The notes beneath the pieces are model-generated. The model ran no database searches and was not told the DNA's origin. It saw nothing but the letters and a program-made list of their open reading frames with translations. DNA of 64,000 bases from Oscillospiraceae bacterium. Its GTDB lineage: Bacteria; Bacillota; Clostridia; UMGS1883. Both the position numbers and the translations under genes were made by a program. Position 1 is the stretch's first letter. Every line of letters starts with the position of its first letter. This document shows, one piece after another, positions 9,972 to 18,368 of this stretch. Location of the stretch: positions 9,735 through 73,734 of the forward strand of contig SVJW01000003.1 in NCBI GenBank assembly GCA_015068735.1, written 5' to 3'.

Positions 9972-11726
9972 TTATTTAATTACCTTATTACTAACTTCCT
10001 CAGTAATCTTTGCAATAAATTCTTCAATAGACATACTGCCGATGTCACCGTCACGACGGTCACGGACAGAAACAGTGTTGTTCTCGATATCCTTATCACC
10101 AACAAGAATCATATAAGGAACTTTTTCAAGCTGAGCCTCACGAATCTTGTAACCGATTTTTTCGCTTCTGTCGTCGATTTCGATACGGATGATACCGCTT
10201 TCTTCAAGCTTTCTCTTAACTTCATAGATATAGTCAAGGTGACGGTCAGCAATGGGAAGAAGTTTAACCTGAACAGGTGCAAGCCATACGGGGAACGCGC
10301 CTGCGTACTTTTCAATGAGAAGTGCAAGAGTTCTCTCGTAGCAACCGATGGATGTTCTGTGGATGATATAGGGGTTCTTCTTCACGCCATCCTTATCCAC
10401 ATATTCCATACCGAACTGCTGAGCAAGCATCTGGTCAATCTGAATTGTGCTAAGAGTATCTTCTTTACCGAATACGTTCTTGATCTGAATATCAAGCTTA
10501 GGTCCGTAGAATGCAGCTTCGCCAATACCAACCTTGTAGGGGATCTCCAGATTGTTAAGGATTTTCTCCATCATACCCTGAGCTTCATCCCACTGTTCGG
10601 GAGTACCGATATACTTGTCGCGGTCGTTAGGATCCCACTGCGAGAAACGGTAGGAAACATCCTCGTAAAGACCGAGAGTTTTAAGCATATAGATTGCAAG
10701 CTCCAGGCTGCCTCTGAATTCGTCCTCCAACTGCTCGGGAGTACACATAAGGTGGCCCTCAGAAATAGTAAACTGTCTTACGCGGATAAGCCCGTGCATT
10801 TCGCCGGAAGCCTCGTTACGGAAAAGAGTAGAGGTTTCGTTAAGACGCATGGGAAGGTCACGGTAACTTCTGCCACGATTAAGGAATGCCTGATACTGGA
10901 AAGGACAAGTCATGGGACGAAGTGCAAATACTTCCTTATCCTTTTCTTCATCGCCAAGAACGAACATACCGTCCTGATAATGGTCCCAATGTCCGGAAAT
11001 CTTGTAAAGGTCGCTCTTCGCCATAAGGGGAGTCTTGGTAAGCATCCAACCCCTCTTCTGCTCTTCATCCTCAACAAATCTCTGAAGAAGCTGAATAATT
11101 CTTGCGCCCTTGGGAAGAAGAATGGGAAGTCCCTGACCGATTACATCACTTGTTGTGAAAAGTTCAAGTTCACGACCGAGCTTGTTATGGTCACGTTTCT
11201 TAGCTTCTTCTCTCTGCTGGAGGTCTGCTTCAAGCTCATCCTTTGTAAGGAAAGCAGTTGCATAAATACGCTGAAGCATCTTGTTCTTTTCGTCGCCTCT
11301 CCAATAAGCGCCTGTTGCACTGAGGAGCTTGTACGCCTTAACCTTGCTTGTGTAGTTCACGTGAGGACCTGCACAAAGGTCTGTAAATTCGCCCTGTTTG
11401 TAGAAAGAAATCGTTTCTCCCTCGGGAAGGTCATTGATAAGCTCAACCTTATAAGGCTCGTCCTTCATAAGTTCGAGAGCTTCTTCTCTGGGAAGTTCAA
11501 AACGCTCAATCTTGAGGTTTTCTTTTGCAATTTTTTTCATTTCCGCTTCGATTTTCTCCAAATCTTCGGGAGTGAAGGGATGGGGAGTGTCGAAGTCATA
11601 GTAAAAGCCGTTTTCGATAGCAGGACCTATCGCAAGCTTTACTTCGGGGAAAAGTCTTTTTACAGCCTGCGCCATAACGTGTGACGCAGAGTGTCTTAAG
11701 GTTTGCAGTTCGTTCATTTCTGCCAT
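9972..11726 (-). CDS. thrS: Threonine--tRNA ligase (short form, no N-terminal TGS domain)
   Basis: The protein begins MAEMNELQTLRHSASHVMAQAV, i.e. directly at the HxxxH editing/SAD region, and then shows class II core motifs. A T-box leader lies upstream. Confidence 0.92.
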   Translation of the reverse strand: MAEMNELQTLRHSASHVMAQAVKRLFPEVKLAIGPAIENGFYYDFDTPHPFTPEDLEKIEAEMKKIAKENLKIERFELPREEALELMKDEPYKVELINDLPEGETISFYKQGEFTDLCAGPHVNYTSKVKAYKLLSATGAYWRGDEKNKMLQRIYATAFLTKDELEADLQQREEAKKRDHNKLGRELELFTTSDVIGQGLPILLPKGARIIQLLQRFVEDEEQKRGWMLTKTPLMAKSDLYKISGHWDHYQDGMFVLGDEEKDKEVFALRPMTCPFQYQAFLNRGRSYRDLPMRLNETSTLFRNEASGEMHGLIRVRQFTISEGHLMCTPEQLEDEFRGSLELAIYMLKTLGLYEDVSYRFSQWDPNDRDKYIGTPEQWDEAQGMMEKILNNLEIPYKVGIGEAAFYGPKLDIQIKNVFGKEDTLSTIQIDQMLAQQFGMEYVDKDGVKKNPYIIHRTSIGCYERTLALLIEKYAGAFPVWLAPVQVKLLPIADRHLDYIYEVKRKLEESGIIRIEIDDRSEKIGYKIREAQLEKVPYMILVGDKDIENNTVSVRDRRDGDIGSMSIEEFIAKITEEVSNKVIK

Positions 11727-11741
11727 TATAATCATCCTTTC

Positions 11742-11981
11742 AAAAAAATAAGCACCCCTAATACAACGTATTAAGGGTGCGTTAGTTCAAAACCAAGCAC
11801 GGTTCCACCTTAAATTTCACTCAATTTCCCATTAACGCAGGCTCACGACAGGGAATACTAAGTTTCCTCCCTGCAGCTCCGGAGTGGTGTTCGCCAAGGC
11901 TCTGTATAGGGTGCTTCCAGCTAATAACACCCCTCTCTCTTATACTCGGCAGAGGTTACTGTCTCCATCATTGCTTTTACG
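11742..11981 (-). promoter_or_regulatory. T-box leader (tRNA-Thr responsive) with terminator/antiterminator
   Basis: On the minus strand: an AGAGAG box, the specifier-loop context GAACACCACTCC (ACC followed by A), the T-box sequence AAATTTAAGGTGGAACCGTGC, then the terminator GCACCCTTAATAC..GTATTAGGGGTGC plus a T-run. Confidence 0.8.
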
Positions 11982-11987
11982 AAAGTT

Positions 11988-12016
11988 ATTATAACACACT
12001 ATTTTTTCTCAGTCAA
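11988..12016 (-). promoter_or_regulatory. SigA-type promoter for the thrS leader
   Basis: On the minus strand: TTGACT, 17 nt, TATAAT. Confidence 0.65.
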
Positions 12017-12026
12017 GAAGAAAATA

Positions 12027-12061
12027 TGAGACACATTGGGGACAGTCCCCAATGTGTCTCA
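12027..12061. repeat. REP-like 35-nt palindrome, copy 2 (its last 3 nt supply the stop codon of the RAYT gene)
   Basis: Identical 35-mer. It lies 10 nt upstream of the thrS -35 box. Confidence 0.9.
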
Positions 12062-12823
12062 TATTATACGATATAGAGAGGAACGTGGGATTCCCGTTAA
12101 TCTTGAAAGTGTCTTCTTTTCTATATTACATTCCGCTATTATTTTCTGCAAGATTGCATTCATTTCATTTTTAGGCAAGTTTCTTATTTCGTGAGGTTTT
12201 ATGCCGCCTGTAACTTTTATTATCTTAACTTTTGCAGCAATGTCTTTCAACCTTAAACTATCTTCAAAATCTTTTTCATCGCAATCAGAAGCAGTAAACT
12301 TCACAAACTGTTTAATTGCCATTTTTCTATTTTCATCAAGCATATCCAAAAGGAAATCAACGTCTGTTAACCCTTTGATGTCGCCTACATAATCGGAATA
12401 GCTACTATATTTATAGCTCTGTATATTTTCAGATAACTGAGCTTTTACCGGATTCTGATGAATGTATCGTGATAACGTCAGGAAATAGCTATCATCTTCT
12501 ACGGGAATGCTTTTGTATCGGTTTGAAAAAAGGTGACCTGTTCGCTCGTATTTGAAATTATACCAACCTGCATAATGGGAGAGTATTCTTTTCATAATGC
12601 CGGATATATCACCCTTTTGCGCTTCTCTGACAAACAGATGCACGTGATTAGGCATCATACAGTAAGCGTAAATTTGCAAATCCGTATCATTTTTGACAAG
12701 GGAAAGTATCTCAATAAACTTCACATAATCCTTATCATCTGAAAAAATACATTGTTTATTGAGACCACGAAACATAATATGATACATTCCTGTTTCGCTT
12801 AAAATTCTTGCTTGTCTTGCCAT
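12059..12823 (-). CDS. REP-associated tyrosine transposase (RAYT; IS200/IS605-like Y1 HUH transposase) with a C-terminal HTH-like extension
   Basis: HUH motif in MMPNHVHLFV and the catalytic Tyr context RYIHQNPVKA. The N-terminus ARILSETGMYHIMFRGLN is typical of RAYT. The start MARQAR follows a GGTGGTGA SD. The gene is flanked on both sides by the identical palindrome. Confidence 0.8.
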   Translation of the reverse strand: MARQARILSETGMYHIMFRGLNKQCIFSDDKDYVKFIEILSLVKNDTDLQIYAYCMMPNHVHLFVREAQKGDISGIMKRILSHYAGWYNFKYERTGHLFSNRYKSIPVEDDSYFLTLSRYIHQNPVKAQLSENIQSYKYSSYSDYVGDIKGLTDVDFLLDMLDENRKMAIKQFVKFTASDCDEKDFEDSLRLKDIAAKVKIIKVTGGIKPHEIRNLPKNEMNAILQKIIAECNIEKKTLSRLTGIPRSSLYRII

Positions 12824-12877
12824 ATTATCACCACCAATTTGATAGTAACATATATTTTCAAAAAAGTCAAGATAAAA

Positions 12878-12912
12878 TGAGACACATTGGGGACAGTCCC
12901 CAATGTGTCTCA
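12878..12912. repeat. REP-like 35-nt palindrome, copy 3
   Basis: Identical 35-mer, 55 nt upstream of the RAYT start. Confidence 0.9.
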
Positions 12913-12952
12913 TTTGGTGTTAGATATAAAGAAAACAAAAAAGAACGTACAC

Positions 12953-12987
12953 AAAAAAGAACAGCCCCCGGAGGGACTGTCCTTTTT
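12953..12987. terminator. Bidirectional hairpin terminator downstream of the SLH protein gene
   Basis: Imperfect stem GAACAGCCC..GGGACTGTCC, flanked by an A-run and a T-run. Confidence 0.55.
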
Positions 12988-13020
12988 CTAATTGACTATT
13001 AATTTTATAAGAGTCAAGAA

Positions 13021-15783
13021 TTATACTTCAGGAACTTCAATCTCAGCGTCTCTGTAAACGATAACTTCAACCTGATCCTTATCGAAGTATCTTACGAATA
13101 CTGTGTAGTCATACTTGCCATCGTATCTGGAGAAGAGGCTTGTGCCCTTAGACTTCTTAGATACTTCAGGAGTAGAACCTTCGCTGAAGTCTACAAGAGT
13201 ATATCTTGCAGAGTTCTTCATTGTAATAACAGCACCGTCTTCTTCAGTATCACCAACAACGTCTGCGTCTGCAAGATAGAACTTAGAAGCTGTGGGAGCC
13301 TCAGTTTCATCAAGAGCACCGAAGAAGTAGTATTCGTCTTCCTTACAATCGCCATCAGCGATTACAAGACCATCTCTTGTAGCAAGAAGCTCAAGGTCTG
13401 TGATGATGCCATCAGCGTTAGCTGCACCAACGAGAAGGATGTTACCCTTTACGAAGAGGGCAGCTGCTTCGCCATCAAGGTCTTCATCAAGGATTGTGTA
13501 AGAAGCCTTCTTACCATCCTGGAAACCATTGATTACGTATGCATCTTCATCATCGATATCCTTTGTCTTATAACCTGTAACGATGAATGCTGCGCCTTCC
13601 TTAGAAACAGCTGTTGTAAGACCTGTACCAACTACAAGACCTGCAACATCGTTGTTGTCATAATCGTAAGCTGCGAGAACGAAATCTTCGCCTTCGCCGT
13701 CTACGAAGAAGTCAGCTACCTTACCAACCTTGATGTCGTCAGATTCAACAACATCTTCTACGTCATCAATAGCGATAACTACTGTAGAATCATTGAATAC
13801 GAGGTTACCGTATTCCATGTTTTCTTCATCATATTCTCTGCCTGTAATATCTTCATCTTCAGCATCGATAGCAACAAGCTTTGTTACCTTACCGTTCTTG
13901 ATTGTGATGTCAAATACAAGAGAGTTGATGTCAGCAAGCTCTGCTGCTGCCCAACCGTTAGATTCGCCATTAAGCATATCTTCGAGAGCTGCAAGAACAT
14001 CATCATCTGTTGTAGCTTCACCAAGCTTAGCCTTGTCGCCAAGTTCGTATGTTGCAGCTGTACCGTCAGCAAGAACAACTTCTACCATGTTCTTTCTGTC
14101 TTCTGTACCAGCAGCGATTACGATACCGTAGTTAACATCAGATGTAGCTTCGTCATGAGCGATCTGGCCATCAACGTTAATGAAGAAGATACCTTCTTTA
14201 CCGCTGAGGGCGGAGATGTCTTCATAAGCAGCAAATGAAGAAATTTCGTATTCTTCGCCACCGATTTCTACACAGTCATCATCGTAAGAATCAACCTTAC
14301 CTGTAACTGTCTTAGAAGATACATAGTAAACAACGAAGTTGTCACCAGCTTCAACCTTAGAAACTGTGTCGTTAGCAGCGATGTCTGCAGCTGTAGCTAC
14401 AGCGCCATCCTTGATAACAACGCTAAGGTAGTCTTCATCTTCTGTATCGATATCTTCGATATCGCCAACGTAGCAATCGAACATTACTACACCGTCATCT
14501 GTTGTAACTTCTTCAACAACAGCTTCGCTGTCATATACAGTTACAAGGATAACATCAATCTTGCTGTCAGCATCGTTGCTGATAAGTGTAACGATACCGT
14601 TACCAACATATTCCTTAAGATCTGCTGTTGTAGCGATAGCTGCTTCGCCATCAATTACAAAGTTGTTAACAACTGTTACAGCTACATCACCGTCTTCATC
14701 TGTTTCAAGATCAAGAGACTGAATCTTTGTAGCGCCTACTTCTCTGTAGCCGATAACTGCTTCATCGTCACCGTACTTTTCGTCTTCGTCAACGAGCTGA
14801 GTTGCGCTAAGTGTTGTAACCTTGTTTGCGCCCTGCTTTTCAGCAATAGCGTAGATCATGTAGTTACCTGTTTCGTCGTCTTCTTCTTCACCTACGTAAG
14901 CAACAACCTTCCTACCTGCAAAGTTGTTTACATCAGCTACAAGGCTTGCATCGTAAGTAAGCTGTTCAAGAGCTTTATCTTCGAGCTTACCATCAACGTA
15001 TTCGAAGTATTCAGCACCTTCCATGAATGTGATTTCTGCATCAGAATCTTCTGTGTAACCGTTTTCAGCATATTCAGCGAAAGGTGTTCCAGCTACGATA
15101 CCTTCAACCTTTCTGATACCAAGGTACTGAGAAAGGATTGTTTCGTCGAGCTTACCGTAAGCATCGTCTTCACCGGAAGGAGTCCAGGACTTCTGATCCA
15201 TAAGACGAACTTCAAGAGAATTGTAAACGAGAACTGCGATAGTTCCACGAGCTGCAGGAGCACCTACAACGCCGTTAGAATTCTTGGAGATACCTTCACG
15301 AGAAGCAACTGCGAGGTAACCTGTAGACCAGCCACCCTTAGACTGAGCGTCAAGCTCGTAACCAAGAGCAACAACGATCATCTTGATTGCCTGCTCATAA
15401 GTAACCTGATCTTCGGGACCGAAGTTACCATTGCCGTAACCGTTAACGATCTGGAGAGACTGTGCTACATTAACGTAGCCAGAAGCCCAATGGCTAGCGG
15501 GAACGTCGTTGAATATTGTGGAACCCATGCTTGCTTTAGCCTGATCTTCATAACCGAGTGTACGGCAGATGATAGCAGCCATCTGAGCACGAGTTACAGT
15601 GTCGTTGGGCTTGAATGTACCATCTTCAAAACCTTCGAAAATACCAAGGTTAGAAAGGATACCAACAGCCTCAGCAACTTTTGTTCCTTCTGCTACGTCT
15701 GTATAAGCAAAAGCACTGAAGCCCATGCTAAGAACCATAGCAAACGCAAGAACAACTGCGAGTGTCTTCTTGAGATTTTTCAT
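13021..15783 (-). CDS. S-layer-like cell-surface protein with an N-terminal signal peptide and three SLH domains
   Basis: Signal peptide MKNLKKTLAVVLAFAMVLSMGFSAFA. SLH repeats are present (DVAEGTKVAEAVGILSNLGIFEGFEDGTFKPNDTVTRAQMAAII and following). The long remainder is acidic and Asp/Glu/Val/Gly-rich. It has a strong consensus promoter and SD. Confidence 0.85.
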   Translation of the reverse strand: MKNLKKTLAVVLAFAMVLSMGFSAFAYTDVAEGTKVAEAVGILSNLGIFEGFEDGTFKPNDTVTRAQMAAIICRTLGYEDQAKASMGSTIFNDVPASHWASGYVNVAQSLQIVNGYGNGNFGPEDQVTYEQAIKMIVVALGYELDAQSKGGWSTGYLAVASREGISKNSNGVVGAPAARGTIAVLVYNSLEVRLMDQKSWTPSGEDDAYGKLDETILSQYLGIRKVEGIVAGTPFAEYAENGYTEDSDAEITFMEGAEYFEYVDGKLEDKALEQLTYDASLVADVNNFAGRKVVAYVGEEEDDETGNYMIYAIAEKQGANKVTTLSATQLVDEDEKYGDDEAVIGYREVGATKIQSLDLETDEDGDVAVTVVNNFVIDGEAAIATTADLKEYVGNGIVTLISNDADSKIDVILVTVYDSEAVVEEVTTDDGVVMFDCYVGDIEDIDTEDEDYLSVVIKDGAVATAADIAANDTVSKVEAGDNFVVYYVSSKTVTGKVDSYDDDCVEIGGEEYEISSFAAYEDISALSGKEGIFFINVDGQIAHDEATSDVNYGIVIAAGTEDRKNMVEVVLADGTAATYELGDKAKLGEATTDDDVLAALEDMLNGESNGWAAAELADINSLVFDITIKNGKVTKLVAIDAEDEDITGREYDEENMEYGNLVFNDSTVVIAIDDVEDVVESDDIKVGKVADFFVDGEGEDFVLAAYDYDNNDVAGLVVGTGLTTAVSKEGAAFIVTGYKTKDIDDEDAYVINGFQDGKKASYTILDEDLDGEAAALFVKGNILLVGAANADGIITDLELLATRDGLVIADGDCKEDEYYFFGALDETEAPTASKFYLADADVVGDTEEDGAVITMKNSARYTLVDFSEGSTPEVSKKSKGTSLFSRYDGKYDYTVFVRYFDKDQVEVIVYRDAEIEVPEV

Positions 15784-15846
15784 AATAATCTCTTCCTCCT
15801 ATAAAATTAAATTTTTTTGAGAGGGTTTCCCCTTTACTCTATTGCG

Positions 15847-15875
15847 ATTATAACATCCATTTTTTTAAACGTCAA
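15847..15875 (-). promoter_or_regulatory. Near-consensus SigA promoter of the SLH/S-layer gene
   Basis: On the minus strand: TTGACG, 17 nt, TATAAT, roughly 60 nt upstream of the ATG. The SD is AGGAGGAAG. Confidence 0.65.
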
Positions 15876-15890
15876 TAGGTTTTTTTCATC

Positions 15891-15984
15891 TGTAATCAAA
15901 CTGTAATGTTTTGTAATATTAGTATCATATTCTGTAATTTGTTGTAACAATACCTTTTTTTAAAAAGCAGTCAGTTTGTGTAAC
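15891..15984 (+). promoter_or_regulatory. Helically phased array of six TGTAAT/TGTAAC hexamers upstream of the S-layer promoter
   Basis: Hexamers start at 15891, 15902, 15912, 15933, 15943 and 15979, giving spacings of 11, 10, 21, 10 and 36 nt. Confidence 0.5.
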
Positions 15985-16011
15985 ATATATTATAGGAAGA
16001 AACTCATGTTT

Positions 16012-17115
16012 TCAGTTTGATTCAGAAAGTCTTACCGATACTGTTTTTTGTAATCCTTGGCGAATAATACTTATTTTTACTATATCTCCGCTTTGAAATT
16101 TATATAGTTCTTCGCGAAGTGAAAGCATTGTATCCACTTTTTTCCCATTAACCTCAGTTAAAATGTCTCCGTAACGAATTCCTGCCTTGAACGCCGGACC
16201 TGAAGAATCAAGTTTTACCACAAACAATCCTTCATGCATATCATCCGCTACATCCAAATACCGTGCCGCTTCAGGTGTGTACGCATACAGTCCCAGATAC
16301 GGAGTACGGAAGTTCCCCTTTTGCCCCAGTCTTTCAACTACCGGAACGCAGGCGTTGATTGGCACTGCAAATCCCATACCTTCGGCAGAGGACACTTTTA
16401 CCGTATTTATACCAACAACTTCTCCGCGAGAATTGACAAGCGGTCCTCCGCTGTTGCCGGGATTTATGGAAGCGTCTGTCTGGATAAGATCTTCCATGTA
16501 GCTTTGTTCACCATTTTCGTTTTCTATACTTATACTGCGTCCCAGAGCACTTACAATCCCTGCTGTAACAGTTCGCTGAAACTGCATACTGAGTGGGTTA
16601 CCTATTGCAAAAACGTTTTCTCCCACCCGAAGTTCCCCAGCGTTGCCCAATTTACAAAACGGATAATTCTCCCCATCTATTTTTACTATTGCAAGGTCAA
16701 GACTGCTTTCACTCCAAACAGTTTTCCCCTCAAGAGTTTCTCCATTATAAAGCGTTACTTCGATACGTCCCGGTCGTGCGCCCACAACGTGTTGATTGGT
16801 GATAATATATCCGTCACTGCTTGCAATAATTCCGCTTCCCATATACCACTGAGTCTGGTTTGTTACACCTTTGGAGCTGTCCGCGCTGGATATTCCCACC
16901 ACACATTTAAGAGTTTCCTCCAGCATATTTTCTGCGGGAAATGAAACGCTTTCTCCTTGTAATTGCGTAGGCGAAGCAACATTCATTCTTTCTGCGTTTT
17001 GATTTGGAAGATTTTCCTCTTTGGGAGAAAAAAGCCAGTATGTGCCTGCAAGCATAAGCATAATCAATACACCGCTTAAAAGAAACAGTGCTGTTTTTTT
17101 AATAACACCTTTCAT
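16012..17115 (-). CDS. htrA: HtrA/DegP-family serine protease with a PDZ domain
   Basis: An N-terminal TM segment, a trypsin-like core with TNQHVV, DLAIVKI and GNSGGPLVN (catalytic Ser), and a C-terminal PDZ domain. The start is MKGVIKK. Confidence 0.9.
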   Translation of the reverse strand: MKGVIKKTALFLLSGVLIMLMLAGTYWLFSPKEENLPNQNAERMNVASPTQLQGESVSFPAENMLEETLKCVVGISSADSSKGVTNQTQWYMGSGIIASSDGYIITNQHVVGARPGRIEVTLYNGETLEGKTVWSESSLDLAIVKIDGENYPFCKLGNAGELRVGENVFAIGNPLSMQFQRTVTAGIVSALGRSISIENENGEQSYMEDLIQTDASINPGNSGGPLVNSRGEVVGINTVKVSSAEGMGFAVPINACVPVVERLGQKGNFRTPYLGLYAYTPEAARYLDVADDMHEGLFVVKLDSSGPAFKAGIRYGDILTEVNGKKVDTMLSLREELYKFQSGDIVKISIIRQGLQKTVSVRLSESN

Positions 17116-17158
17116 AAAAAACACCTCTTTGGTTAGTATTTCCAAAGAGGTGTTTTTT
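17116..17158 (-). terminator. 17-bp perfect hairpin terminator after ispDF whose 3' arm contains the htrA SD
   Basis: AAAAAACACCTCTTTGG..CCAAAGAGGTGTTTTTT. On the minus strand the descending arm ends directly at the htrA ATG. Confidence 0.7.
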
Positions 17159-17170
17159 ATTTGCCTTCAG

Positions 17171-18319
17171 CTATTTTCTTATAAGCGCAACGGCTCTTGC
17201 TTCAATTCCTTCACCGCGGCCGGTAAAACCCATGTGCTCATTGGTTTTTGCCTTGATGCTGACAGCATCTGTAGAAATATTCATCGCCTTTGCAAGATTT
17301 TCACGCATTCCGTCTATATGGGGTGCCATTTTCGGAGCCTGCGCTATAAGAGTTACATCAATATTTCCGATTTCATAGCCATGTTCACGAACTTCGCGTG
17401 CTGCCTCCTGCAAAAGAAGCATACTGTCGGCGCCTTTATATTTTTCATCGGTGTCGGGAAAATGCTTTCCTATATCCCCCAATGCTGCTGCACCGAAAAG
17501 TGCATCTATTACGGCGTGGATAAGTACATCTGCATCGCTATGTCCGAAAAGCCCTTTTTCATAGGGGATATTTACCCCACCTATAATAAGGGGACGCCCT
17601 TCAACCAGTTTATGTGTATCAAAACCTGTTCCTATACGCACAGGAGCACCTCCGATTCCGCGTTTTCTGAGTATTCCCTCTGCCGTTACAAGATCCTCTG
17701 CCGTAGTAATTTTAATGTTTTCGTAACTTCCGGGGGTGATTTTTATTTTTGCACCCATTTTTTCCATCAGGGCACAGTCATCGGTCATTTCAAAGCCGAA
17801 TTTTTCATATGCCGATTTTATAAGCTCTCTTCTGAAAGCCTGGGGCGTCTGAATAAGTACCGCCGTCTCCCTGTCTACCGTGGCTTCGATAATATTGTCA
17901 GAAGTAACTGTTTTTATTGTATCCTTGGACTTTACACCTGCCGCTGCGCAACCTGTTTCTATGCACGCTACGAGGGTGTTTTCGATTATTTCCTTTGTGA
18001 TCAAGGGGCGCGCACCGTCGTGGATAAGTAAAATTTCTCCCGTTGATGCATTTATTCCCGAAAGCGAGCTCTCCCCACGGGTAGCACCGCCGAGGACAAC
18101 CTTGACGGAATATTCTCTTAATTCTTCCTTGAATATCTCCATATTCTTTTCGGAAGAAACTACTACAATTTCATCAAAAAAGCCTGTGCCGGCGAACGCC
18201 TCCACACTACGGGAAAGCACACTTTTTCCGAAAAGGTCAATAAGCATCTTGTCCCTGCCCATCCGAGTTCCGCTGCCTGCTGCTACTATTATTGCTGTTA
18301 CGGTTTTTCCGTTGTACAT
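17171..18319 (-). CDS. ispDF: Bifunctional IspD/IspF (MEP cytidylyltransferase / MEcPP synthase)
   Basis: The N-terminal half has the IspD motif [13 protein letters not shown]. The C-terminal half has the IspF motifs [19 protein letters not shown] and IGTGFDTH. It is a single 382-aa ORF. Confidence 0.9.
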   Translation of the reverse strand: MYNGKTVTAIIVAAGSGTRMGRDKMLIDLFGKSVLSRSVEAFAGTGFFDEIVVVSSEKNMEIFKEELREYSVKVVLGGATRGESSLSGINASTGEILLIHDGARPLITKEIIENTLVACIETGCAAAGVKSKDTIKTVTSDNIIEATVDRETAVLIQTPQAFRRELIKSAYEKFGFEMTDDCALMEKMGAKIKITPGSYENIKITTAEDLVTAEGILRKRGIGGAPVRIGTGFDTHKLVEGRPLIIGGVNIPYEKGLFGHSDADVLIHAVIDALFGAAALGDIGKHFPDTDEKYKGADSMLLLQEAAREVREHGYEIGNIDVTLIAQAPKMAPHIDGMRENLAKAMNISTDAVSIKAKTNEHMGFTGRGEGIEARAVALIRK

Positions 18320-18368
18320 ATTTTCACCTGTTTCAACAAAGGCTTCTCCCTAAGGAGAAGCCTTTTAA

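Noticed and set aside
9873-11684. A 603-aa ORF on the plus strand, opposite thrS.
   Set aside because: - It is a shadow ORF antisense to an unmistakable ThrRS gene.
- The translation is low-complexity (rich in F, L, K, V and C) with no recognisable motif, SD or promoter.
- The same reasoning applies to the other long antisense ORFs: 6899-8017 (opposite dnaK), 16234-16944 (htrA), 17021-18031 (ispDF), 22647-23534 (metY) and 56921-57745.
9907-12912. Three identical 35-nt repeats considered as a CRISPR array.
   Set aside because: - The spacings are about 2.1 kb and 0.8 kb, and the intervals contain genes.
- The repeat is a perfect palindrome.
- No cas genes are present.
- The repeats fit REP/RAYT instead.
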